Source: Eubacteriales bacterium (GTDB lineage: Bacteria; Bacillota; Clostridia; Oscillospirales; CAG-272). From it: a stretch of 64,000 nt of DNA. Positions 10,149-19,189 of the stretch are shown here, one piece after another. Each line of letters begins with the position of its first letter. Position 1 is the stretch's first letter. The stretch is taken from assembly GCA_045531965.1 (NCBI GenBank), contig JAZSFA010000004.1, forward strand, positions 22,617-86,616, in the 5' to 3' direction. A program made the position numbers and the translations under genes. The notes under the pieces are model-generated. The model searched no databases. It had not been told where the DNA came from and saw only the letters and a program-made list of their open reading frames with translations.

Positions 10149-10409
10149 GTGGGATTTTTGAACTGGAATAAGTTCACTGATTCATACCATAGAGAATTCA
10201 TTTCTCCATGGTATCATAATATCCCTATAAATCCTGATCTTCCCGATGACAGAATAATAGCGATACTGGATGAAAGCAAACTGGATGCAGTCGTTACATC
10301 AAACGAGTATAAAGACCGTATTCATAACTTCGAAACTGTCGCAATCGATAAAGATGAAGTTGTTGATTTTGATGGAGATAATCCAGGCAATGCGATCGCA
10401 TTAATATAG
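10149..10409 (+). pseudogene. adenylation-domain (AMP-binding) fragment
   Basis: PINPDLPDDRIIAILDESKLDAVVTS resembles the (Y)VPIDPxxPxxRIxxxLxDS block of NRPS-type adenylation domains; only ~86 codons, no start context. Confidence 0.45.
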
Positions 10410-10511
10410 ACAATTCTCAGCAATATAATTGTCTATCATAAAATGAATAATTAAAGAATGTGCGGATCATATATAGATTGAATTTGATTATGAAACAATA
10501 ATGTTATTCGT

Positions 10512-11804
10512 ATGCCAATAAAATGTTTGTATAAGAAGGTGATTGCAATTAAAAAAACGTATTTTTTCGAAAATTTTATTAAGACAGTACCAGCTTTTTC
10601 GAATATAACAAGTGTTGATGTAGATGAAAAAAATTTTAAGGATGTGTATAATTATATTCCTATTACTAGTAAAAGGAGTATGAGAGAACATTTTTTGGAT
10701 TATATATCAAATAAATTTTTGCCCAAAATAAATAATGATATTTTAGAAGAAATATATAATGTTAAGAATATGTCTAAAAATCATGACAAAAAAATATATA
10801 TTGACGACATTCCTTATGTCATTGAGTACACAACGGGCTCAACAGGAATTCCGTTCCCGATTATAAAATCCAATAATACAAGATTTATGCAAGGAAAGTA
10901 TCTGTCAAAGTGTCGTAGAAGTATTTATGGTTCTAATTTCAATAAAACAGGCTTTCTGTTTTTGCACAGCAGTAACGAAATAATACAGAATATAGATTTG
11001 TTTAAATTCAACAAAGAAGACTTATTATTAATATATAATGAAATTAAAAAAGCAAATACTGAATGGCTATTTGGTACACCATTGATTTTTAAAAAAATAT
11101 CAACAATTGTTCAAGAGGAAATTAACAATATTAAGTTTTTAGAATATACCAGTCAGCCTATTATCGACGACATAAATGAAATAAAAACTTGCTTTTCTCA
11201 TGCACAATTTGTTTGTAATTATGGAACTAGAGAGTTTTGGAATATTGGTTGGGGCAATGAAGAGGAAGGATTAGCGATTAACAAAGATTATTTGATCGTG
11301 GATTTAATAGATGATCAGGGAAAAGTAATTGAAGAGCCAGGTATTGAAGGAGATATAATAATAACAGATATGAGTAATTGCACCCAAGCGTTCGTCAAAT
11401 ATTCCATTGGCGATAAGGGTAAATACTTACTTGATAGTAATGGTAATCTTCGCTTAAAACTAATTGATGCTTCAGAAAAAAATGTGATTGCCGACACGAA
11501 TATTAACGGAAACATGATTTTTCGGAGAGTAATGCGAGGGTTATATTTCCATGATTACATAAAGGATATTTCAAGAGTTTTAGTAGTTCAGAAGCGCAAG
11601 TATCAATTTTTAATTTTTGTGGATGGAATTGGAAATAAACACGATTATTTTGAGAGGAGATTTAAATACAGAACTGGATTGGTTTTGTCGGAAGCAAACA
11701 AATATGAATTTGTTTTTATTTACACAAAGGATTTTATAAACATCAAAAATTATAAAGAATATGTATTTATTAATGCAACAGGAGAAGTTAAAGATGAATA
11801 TTAA
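10512..11804 (+). CDS. CapK/PaaK/F390-synthetase-like adenylate-forming enzyme
   Basis: EYTTGSTGIPF AMP-binding motif, 430 aa, stand-alone (no carrier or condensation domain). Confidence 0.65.
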   Translation: MPIKCLYKKVIAIKKTYFFENFIKTVPAFSNITSVDVDEKNFKDVYNYIPITSKRSMREHFLDYISNKFLPKINNDILEEIYNVKNMSKNHDKKIYIDDIPYVIEYTTGSTGIPFPIIKSNNTRFMQGKYLSKCRRSIYGSNFNKTGFLFLHSSNEIIQNIDLFKFNKEDLLLIYNEIKKANTEWLFGTPLIFKKISTIVQEEINNIKFLEYTSQPIIDDINEIKTCFSHAQFVCNYGTREFWNIGWGNEEEGLAINKDYLIVDLIDDQGKVIEEPGIEGDIIITDMSNCTQAFVKYSIGDKGKYLLDSNGNLRLKLIDASEKNVIADTNINGNMIFRRVMRGLYFHDYIKDISRVLVVQKRKYQFLIFVDGIGNKHDYFERRFKYRTGLVLSEANKYEFVFIYTKDFINIKNYKEYVFINATGEVKDEY

Positions 11805-12837
11805 AGCGTATGACTCGTTAGTTTCGCCCTTCAACCAAACAAAAGTATTAACCCATTGGCAAGACTTTGAAGAAATAAATAAATCCAAGATAATTAGACC
11901 TGTTATGTGTGAAATCGATTTAACAGATGGTTTTTGCAATAATAAATGCAAGCATTGTTTCTTTGGCACAAATCAAAAGAGCAACCCAATATATATGAAC
12001 ACTGAAACTGCAAAGAGTTTGCTAAAGGAATTAAATGAATTAGGTGTGAAAGCCATTGAATTTTCTGGTGGTGGTGAACCAACAACTCATCCGGATTTTT
12101 TTAACATTGTTTCTTTCGCGTTAGAATTAGGTTTTGAAGTGGGAGTTGTAACTAATGGCTTATTAATAGACAAAATTTTTGAAATAGCCAATAAATTAAA
12201 ATTTATAAGAATCAGTCTAGATGCAGCATCAAGTGAAGTTTATAAAAAAGTCCACGGCGTCGATGCATTTGATCAAGTAATTCAAAATATACGCTTGCTT
12301 ATCAATAGAAAGTGTGATAACATAGGAATTGCTTATTTGATTGTTCCTGATAATGTTTGTGATATTGAAGATGTATATACACTGTCGTGTGAACTAGGGA
12401 TTAGCTATTTACAATATAGACCTGCTTCTTTAAATTACTCCGTAAATGCAGACATATGGAGTGAAGCTAAATCAAAAGTTGAAAAAGTTGTGTTGGATAA
12501 TTCTAGATTAAAAACTATACAAGTGTTTGATGCAGGAATAAAATGGGATCATTTGTGTCAAAACAGAGAATATAAAAAGTGTACAACAAGTACTATGGTT
12601 TCGGTGGTCCAAGCGAATGGTGACATTCCGCTCTGCGTTTTGCTAAGAAATCAGAAGCAATACCTCATTGGTAACATCAACGAAGGTGGATTTGCCAAGA
12701 ATTGGTTTTCTGAAAGACATTTGTTTTTGATTGAAAATAAAGATGTTAATACGTGTCGCAAGCCATGCAAACATGATTCTTACAACATCATGTTTGAGGC
12801 ATATAATAATGATTTTTTACATAAAAACTTTATATAA
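11794..12837 (+). CDS. radical SAM enzyme (second copy, with C-terminal Cys motifs)
   Basis: DGFCNNKCKHCFF (CxxxCxxC), FSGGGEPT, C-terminal CTTS..NGDIPLCVLL and CRKPCKHD. ATG 11794 lies behind AGGAGAAG and overlaps the ligase stop by 11 nt. Confidence 0.85.
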   Translation: MNIKAYDSLVSPFNQTKVLTHWQDFEEINKSKIIRPVMCEIDLTDGFCNNKCKHCFFGTNQKSNPIYMNTETAKSLLKELNELGVKAIEFSGGGEPTTHPDFFNIVSFALELGFEVGVVTNGLLIDKIFEIANKLKFIRISLDAASSEVYKKVHGVDAFDQVIQNIRLLINRKCDNIGIAYLIVPDNVCDIEDVYTLSCELGISYLQYRPASLNYSVNADIWSEAKSKVEKVVLDNSRLKTIQVFDAGIKWDHLCQNREYKKCTTSTMVSVVQANGDIPLCVLLRNQKQYLIGNINEGGFAKNWFSERHLFLIENKDVNTCRKPCKHDSYNIMFEAYNNDFLHKNFI

Positions 12838-12849
12838 TGGAGAATTGCA

Positions 12850-13320
12850 ATGAATGCATGTTTTTACTATCAAAATCCTAATGCGCCAAAGCCCAATAAG
12901 CCTAATCACATTGGTGTAACCGCCATATTATTAAATAATAATGACCAGGTGCTACTTGAAAATCGAAGTGATTCTAATAGATGGGCTTTGATAGGGGGAG
13001 GACTTAAAATAGATGAAACACTTGACCAATGCTTGCTAAGAGAGGTTTACGAAGAGACCGGTTTAAGACTAACCAATTATTCATTAATAGGTATATGCGA
13101 TGATCCCACGAGAATAGTACAATATCCTGATGGAAATGTTTTGCGCATTATTTCTATAGTATATAGGAGCTATATTGACTTTGATTTTAAACTAAAAATC
13201 AGTTCGGAATCTAATGAATTGAGATTTTTTGATATTGATAAGCTTGCTGATATCAATATTGTTGAGACCCATAGACATATTATTAGTAGCTATATTAATA
13301 GCAGTTATAATCACAAATAA
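12850..13320 (+). CDS. Nudix hydrolase
   Basis: Nudix box GGGLKIDETLDQCLLREVYEETGL; starts 12 nt after the radical SAM stop. Confidence 0.85.
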   Translation: MNACFYYQNPNAPKPNKPNHIGVTAILLNNNDQVLLENRSDSNRWALIGGGLKIDETLDQCLLREVYEETGLRLTNYSLIGICDDPTRIVQYPDGNVLRIISIVYRSYIDFDFKLKISSESNELRFFDIDKLADINIVETHRHIISSYINSSYNHK

Positions 13321-14742
13321 TGATGTAACCATTCAGCCAAGCCAAGCGGTCTCACCTCAAGAGCGAAGAATATCGCCTCAAAGGTATTGAAGCTCTGCTT
13401 GCATGCGGTGAATAAATAAGCAAGGATGTCAAAGAAAGAAGCGGTACTGGCTCGGGTTCGAAAGTAGCCGGAGACCTGCTGCTTCACTTTTGTGAAACGA
13501 ATATCCCGTTCGGCTTGATTGTTATCAAAGGGCGCGGAAAAGTTCTCCGCAAACAGGCATATGTGTGCCTTGAATTTACGAAGGAGGTTCAAAAGACGAA
13601 CCGGTTTACTCCGCTCTGGTTGTCCGTTTTTCGTTTGAGGAGGATGTTGGGGATGCTCTTGGCATCCACATTCGGAATTGCGTCGTACTCCTGCATGAAG
13701 CGTTGCAGGACATCATTCTGCAAGGCAGAAATGCCTTGCAGAATGAGTTTGCTTTATAGTCAGGAAAAGATTACGGAATTACGGAGCCCATTTGTCTCCG
13801 TAATTCTCCTCCATCCCGTTCAATTTTCTCAAAAAATGAACGTAACAGAGGGCGTGGCGGGACAGCTCATATTTGAAATATGAAGCCCATCCATCATCCG
13901 TTGCCGTTCTCGCGAAATACGGCAGGACCCCGCCTGCCTGTCTCCGGGATCGCCCCTGCGCTCCTGTACCGAGAAATAGGTATATTTCCCATCAGAGGCG
14001 CTGTGGAGCCAGTAAAGAGTTTTATGAAGACGGAAGCTGGTCTCATCGAAGTGACAAACATCCAACTTGCAAATTTTTTCGTGAATTCGCCGAATTCCCT
14101 TTTGAAGGTTGTCATGGCAGCGACATACGAAATTGGCAATGGTTCCAACACTGATGGGAACCTTCAAAACGTTCTTCAAAAACTCATGGGTACGATTCAT
14201 GCTCATCATGCCACGGCATAAAAAGTTACCGCCAAAGCGGCCACCCGATTGCTGTATTGAAGAGTCGATTTCATGTGTGAGAGCATTACTCTAACCCTGC
14301 GCCGATCGTTCTGCATAGGGCATTCCAATGCTGTGGCGGTATGGGCGATCACCTTTCGGTTAATCTTTACGACCACCTCGTACTTCGTTTGAGCCTTCTT
14401 GGCGTTCGCTAAACATTCTGCACGATTGGGGCAACCCACACAGTCGGGATGAAGGGGAAAAATCTCTTGTGGGACATCTTCTTTTTTGATTTTAGCGTTT
14501 TTCCATGTGTCCCTTTTTTGCCCACCTGTGGACTTCCTGCTACTTTCCTGGAGACTTTGGGTCGATGTCTTCTTATATCTATCCTTAGAGGGCGGCTGGG
14601 AGCTGTTCCCGCCGTTGTGGTTGATCTGCTCCAACAAATCCTTGATGAGACGAGTTTACTCCTCGATCATCTCTTGTAGCTTTTCATTCTGCGTCTTCTG
14701 CATTTTTAATTCTTCCAGCAGAAATCTCTCCATATCGGTCAT
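13311..14742 (-). pseudogene. IS66-family transposase, multiple frameshifts
   Basis: N-terminal coiled coil MTDMERFLLEELKMQ.., NSSQPPSKD motif, CPNRAEC zinc-finger-like segment, HFDETSFRL..YWLHSAS core and NNQAERDIRF C-terminal block. These lie in at least four different frames of the minus strand. Confidence 0.8.
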
Positions 14743-14844
14743 GTCTTCGCCCCTTGCTTTACTGCCTCTTTTTTACCACTTTTCTCTTCTTTCGTCAATA
14801 TGACATCTTTTTTCACATTGGCATTTTGACGGCTGAATAGTTAC
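13325..14844 (-). mobile_element. IS66-family insertion sequence (single-ORF type), inactivated
   Basis: Terminal inverted repeats GTAACCATTCAGCC (13325-13338) and GGCTGAATAGTTAC (14831-14844) match at 13/14. They are flanked by a perfect 8-bp direct repeat ATAATGAT (13317-13324 and 14845-14852). Confidence 0.85.
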
Positions 14845-15438
14845 ATAATGATTTGTATTAAATTTGGGATTGAGCAAGAACGGCATTGCCGGTTCGCTCC
14901 AGGATGTTGAAAACGGGAATCTAATATTTGCCCGTAAATTCCATACAAACATCTTGCGGGTGTCTGCGGCAAGACACTCGTCATAAAAACGAAGATCTCA
15001 TGTAAACGTAGAAAAGAGGTTGTTTTTGTAGGTGGTGATACCTTGCTCATTGGTTGAAGCGATACAAACGTAGACGAAAGATTTGTGGGCGTCTATTTTC
15101 CAACGGATCGGGCAAACGATTTTAAGTATAAACACATCCCCTCAAATTGTATTTGAGAAAGCAGACAGGGACTGAATGCTCACTAAAAGATTGAAGTAAT
15201 GTCTTTCCCAAGATAAGTATACAGGGTTCAGAGCCCTACTCATGTGAGCTTGAAAGAGTATTCGGCACATATAATTCTTCAGTTGGCGAATTGCCATGCT
15301 ATTCATCTTCACGTGCGGGGGAGCATGTCTGCTTTCTTAAGTAATATTTTAACAAAAATTCTTGAGTGCTGCGTGATCGCACCGGATTTCATGTCCCTTT
15401 TATGCCTTGCAGCGCAGCGGAAAGGAATGGTCATACTT

Positions 15439-17214
15439 ATGAATGAAAAGGCAGTGCAAAAGTGTTTGCCAATAAAAGACCAGTCTGATGTGACTTTATA
15501 TACGCATCATGCCCTTCCTCTATTAATTCCTTTTATTAATATGGAGACAGAGGGGTGGTATATGAACAATTTCATCAATATATTTTATCGCTACGAGCAT
15601 CCCTCTTTTTATGACTATACTGATTACAAATACTTTTATTCTGAGATAATGGATGTGGATACATTGACATATGCAACTGCCTTGCAGTTCAACACAGTTG
15701 ATTTTTTTACAAAATGTATTTCCTCTGATAAATATATTTATGCCTGGGTTGATCAGTATTATATTTCTGCTACATCGTATTATGAAAAAAAGCATGATGT
15801 TCATCCTATTTTGATTTACGGATACGATGACAATATGTCGGTATATCACTGCAAATGTTTTTCTGTCGAGAGAGGCGTATATGGTGCTGATGTAGTTATG
15901 AGTGAATATCATCAAGCCGTTCTAAAAGCCACGGAATTGAATATGCATATTAATGACGATGATGTGTTTTGTATTTTCAAAGTCCGCAATGATATAATGT
16001 GTGAGTTTTCGTTGGAATCATTTGTGAATGAATTGTATGATTATGCTACAGGGAAAGGAAAGCATAAAGGTGCATATTTTTCCAGAGGAGAGCATAATGT
16101 GGATTCTGAGTATAATTATGATATTTCTTGCTATGGATTGAAAGTGACATCATTGCTTGCGGATGGATTAAAAACAAGGCAGCTTAGGTGTTTTGATTAT
16201 CGTGTGTTACACATGGTTTGTGAGAACAAAAAAAACATACTCAAACGCTTGCAGTATATTTCCATGCGATATGCAAATTATAACATTAGTTTTTACAATC
16301 TATATGTAGATGAATATGCACGAATTGCTGATACATATGAAAAATTTCGTTTGCTTGCGATGAAAAAATCAATTTCAGAGAATCATAGTCTATATAATAT
16401 CAATTATCGTGAAGAAACGGCACGCAAGTTATACACAATGCTATATGAATTGATAGGGCGGGAAAGGGAAGTGCTGAACAAGATTTTGCGCGAATTGGCA
16501 GGTTTGCACATGAGTGAAAGTTTTGCTCACAAGAACATTCAAAAGGTGATACCGAATCAAAATGGAGATTGTGTTTTTGTAAGTGATGATTGTTATATTG
16601 ATGGGATTGTATTGTATGCCTATGATAGGACATATATGGGATCATTGATTTTGGGTGAAAACACAATCCAGATTAATGATACGCGCGCAGGGAATGTGTA
16701 CTATTATCCAATACACCAAAACGTTTCAAAGTGTATTTGGCGCCCTTCTTTACCAATGCACGATGATGAGGACACCATAATGTATGTCGTTAAAGATTGG
16801 CCAGATACCAGTAAGTATATACCATCAACAACATATCCAACTGACCCTCCATTTATAAAGGTGGAAAACCTCGGAGAACATACGGATAATTTTTGGTGTC
16901 CGGATGTGGATGATCCAGAACCATTCGTGGAGCTTCACTTTGAAACTCCCACTATTGTAGATACCTTAGTCATTATTCAACACTATGTTGAAAGAAGAGT
17001 GGCAGACATTCAGATTGAAGCATGGATAGATGAAGGATGGAATGTCATTTCTACTCTAAAGCAATTAGATGGCCGTCAGATTATTACGGTGAAATTTGAC
17101 ACAATTATAAGCGAAAAGTTCAAGGTGAAATTCACTAAGAGGATTAGAAGCGAAAATGGATTTGACATTCCCAATATATTGTATATGAGAGTGTATAAGG
17201 ATAACGCCTCTTGA
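15439..17214 (+). CDS. hypothetical protein, unknown N-terminal family plus discoidin/F5-8-type-C-like C-terminus
   Basis: Intact paralogue of pseudogene 8199..9169. The C-terminal ~130 aa (FWCPDVDDPEPFVELHFETPTIVDTLVIIQH..IQIEAWIDEGWNVI) resemble a carbohydrate-binding discoidin fold. Start is uncertain (ATG 15427 or 15439). Confidence 0.5.
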   Translation: MNEKAVQKCLPIKDQSDVTLYTHHALPLLIPFINMETEGWYMNNFINIFYRYEHPSFYDYTDYKYFYSEIMDVDTLTYATALQFNTVDFFTKCISSDKYIYAWVDQYYISATSYYEKKHDVHPILIYGYDDNMSVYHCKCFSVERGVYGADVVMSEYHQAVLKATELNMHINDDDVFCIFKVRNDIMCEFSLESFVNELYDYATGKGKHKGAYFSRGEHNVDSEYNYDISCYGLKVTSLLADGLKTRQLRCFDYRVLHMVCENKKNILKRLQYISMRYANYNISFYNLYVDEYARIADTYEKFRLLAMKKSISENHSLYNINYREETARKLYTMLYELIGREREVLNKILRELAGLHMSESFAHKNIQKVIPNQNGDCVFVSDDCYIDGIVLYAYDRTYMGSLILGENTIQINDTRAGNVYYYPIHQNVSKCIWRPSLPMHDDEDTIMYVVKDWPDTSKYIPSTTYPTDPPFIKVENLGEHTDNFWCPDVDDPEPFVELHFETPTIVDTLVIIQHYVERRVADIQIEAWIDEGWNVISTLKQLDGRQIITVKFDTIISEKFKVKFTKRIRSENGFDIPNILYMRVYKDNAS

Positions 17215-17488
17215 TGGTAAGTTCTATAACTAATTTTAAGTACAGCAGTCGTTTTCCCGTGAAAAGGGGCTTAAGGTGATAGGGGGCGCGAAATGAATTT
17301 GCTCAATAAAATAATGCAACGCACATTCGTGAGGTATATGTAATGTTTAAATATCTCAAACCTAAGATGATTTTTATCCCCTGACCAGTGGGACGTTATT
17401 GATGCATTGATCTGCAGAAATGGAGATGTATAGCCCCTGCATGCTACTGAGAGATACTTCGTTGATAAATGGTTGGTGGAATCAATAA

Positions 17489-17821
17489 TTATTTACTCCT
17501 GCTCATTATACCATTTATTGTGCTTTCTATAATAACCAAATCTTTTTCATCAATTTTCTCGAGTAAAGCGAGGACATTTCGTCTTAATGTGCTCTGAGTA
17601 GGTAATGAATGCTCGTGTATATACTGGTCAATAGATATGTTAAGTGTTCGTATAAGCATATACAGAACTTGAAAACTTGGAGCTTGTCCGTCGTTTTCAA
17701 TGGCAATCAAATACCTTGTGGATACGTGGATCATTTCAGCTAATTGCTCTCGAGTTAATCCCGCTTTCTTTCTCTCGGTTTTTATAGCAAGTCCGATTTC
17801 CTTAAAGCAATTGTTTTCCAT
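17489..17821 (-). CDS. XRE-family HTH transcriptional regulator
   Basis: LTREQLAEMIHVSTRYLIAIENDGQAPSFQVLYMLIRTL HTH; the ATG at 17821 is preceded by AAAGGATGG; the longer listed ORF would run over the operator-like repeat. Confidence 0.85.
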   Translation of the reverse strand: MENNCFKEIGLAIKTERKKAGLTREQLAEMIHVSTRYLIAIENDGQAPSFQVLYMLIRTLNISIDQYIHEHSLPTQSTLRRNVLALLEKIDEKDLVIIESTINGIMSRSK

Positions 17822-17847
17822 CTGGGTGCCATCCTTTCTAATATTAA

Positions 17848-17868
17848 AAGTGAAGCAATATTTCACTT
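17848..17868. promoter_or_regulatory. inverted repeat AAGTGAA-N7-TTCACTT upstream of the XRE gene
   Basis: Perfect 7-bp arms 27-47 nt upstream of the XRE start. The same TTCACTT core recurs at 17884-17890, 17937-17943 and in reverse at 18034-18040. Confidence 0.55.
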
Positions 17869-18070
17869 GCCAACATTATACAGTTCACTTTAATATAGTT
17901 AAAGGAGATGACACATCAACCGACTTACACAAATAGTTCACTTTGTCATTATGCACGGAGTATTATAGTATGAATAAAATCAAATTGCGGTTAAAAAAAG
18001 CCTTGCTCTGTATGAGGTAATCTATACATCCGAAAGTGAACTCACGCTTCGTAACACATACATAAATATA

Positions 18071-18118
18071 GCCTAAAACACTTATTTGTTCGAATAGGTG
18101 TTTTAGGCTTGTTTTTTG
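18071..18118 (+). terminator. intrinsic terminator in the leader of the zinc-ribbon gene
   Basis: 15-bp stem GCCTAAAACACTTAT / ATAGGTGTTTTAGGC (one G-U), 8-nt loop, then TTGTTTTTTG; ends 30 nt before ATG 18148. Confidence 0.6.
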
Positions 18119-18147
18119 CTTGAGGTATATATCAGGAGGGAATTACG

Positions 18148-18348
18148 ATGTCAAAAGCAGATTTGCCCAGTGTACAAATCTATTGCCCGAATTGTGGAAC
18201 CTTAAATGTCGGACAATCACTCAATAATGGCAAACATCATTTTCGGTGTGAAAATTGCCGGGTGATGATAGTGCGGTCACACCGTAGCCGTCGGCATAAT
18301 ACGATAGAACTGATTGTTCCTAAAGGAAGGAAGCAAGAGGAAGCATAA
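18148..18348 (+). CDS. small zinc-ribbon protein
   Basis: CPNCG..(17)..CENC four-Cys ribbon, basic tail; SD AGGAGGG 7 nt upstream. Confidence 0.6.
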   Translation: MSKADLPSVQIYCPNCGTLNVGQSLNNGKHHFRCENCRVMIVRSHRSRRHNTIELIVPKGRKQEEA

Positions 18349-18510
18349 TACATATGGCCTTAGCTTGCGTAAAACGGTTAGATTACTGAAATGAATATGA
18401 AAAAAGTGAACATCTCAGGATGCCAAGCTGAAACAGAGCTTATATAAGCCATCCGTAGGATCTCACTTTGTAATTGGTTGGCAATGCCAAAACTGCAAAA
18501 GTAACGATGT

Positions 18511-18585
18511 GAAGCCGCCGATACGATAGAAAATCTTATGGAATACCCATAAGATGATTTGTCGCGTCGGCGGCTTCTTTTTCGT
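18511..18585 (+). terminator. long compound hairpin plus T-tract
   Basis: GAAGCCGCCGA / TCGGCGGCTTC outer stem enclosing ATCTTATGG / CCATAAGAT, followed by TTTTTCGTTTTCG. Confidence 0.6.
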
Positions 18586-18782
18586 TTTCGTTGGTTCGTA
18601 CCTAACAGTTATTTTCAGTAATATTCAGTATATTTCATTGAATTTCAGTTGGCATAACTGATAAAATTCCAATAACCGCAAAAAAGTTCTAAAAAACGAA
18701 AATATTTTCTCTAACTCCCCATTAGGTGGGGAGTTGACCTAGTAAAATATTGCCACAAAGCAAAGAAAGGAGGTGTGAATAC

Positions 18783-19115
18783 ATGCAGGCTGCGACCGAA
18801 AGACGTCAGCTGATACTTGAATATCTGTGTGAAGTCAGATCGACTACGAGATCCAAACTGATGCAGGAGTTCAAAGTGTCAAAAAATACCGTGGATCGCG
18901 ATTTGCAGATCCTCATGTGTTCATACCCCATTGAAACGTCGAAGGGCACGGGCGGCGGTGTACGGATCGCAGAGGGCTATTCTCTCGGCCTCAAGTACAT
19001 GAGTCCTGTGCAGATCGAGTTGCTGAAAAAGTTATCCGAAACACTGACAGGGGAGGAGTTTTCGATTATGCAAGGCATTATCAGGAAATATTCCAATCCG
19101 CTCGCCGGCAAGTAA
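18783..19115 (+). CDS. HTH domain protein (DeoR/YafY-N-terminal-like)
   Basis: RRQLILEYLCEVRSTTRSKLMQEFKVSKNTVDRDLQIL winged-helix segment; ATG 18783 lies behind AAGGAGGTG. Confidence 0.7.
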   Translation: MQAATERRQLILEYLCEVRSTTRSKLMQEFKVSKNTVDRDLQILMCSYPIETSKGTGGGVRIAEGYSLGLKYMSPVQIELLKKLSETLTGEEFSIMQGIIRKYSNPLAGK

Positions 19116-19189
19116 AGATAACAAATTATAAACTGACAATTGAATACCCATTCATCAAGCACTTTACCCATGTTAATTTGTGATGAGCA

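Noticed and set aside
13515-14803. Plus-strand ORFs across the IS66 element (13515..13883, 13873..14154, 13880..14221, 14109..14294, 14449..14679, 14486..14803).
   Set aside because: They are antisense to the recognisable, frameshifted IS66 transposase reading frames.
14853-15240. Possible IS66 Orf2 (TnpB)-like remnant on the minus strand, beyond the IS end.
   Set aside because: Only scattered residue matches (FL..RR...E..G....LE..G) appear across several frames, which is too weak to annotate. It lies outside the inverted-repeat/target-duplication-defined IS.
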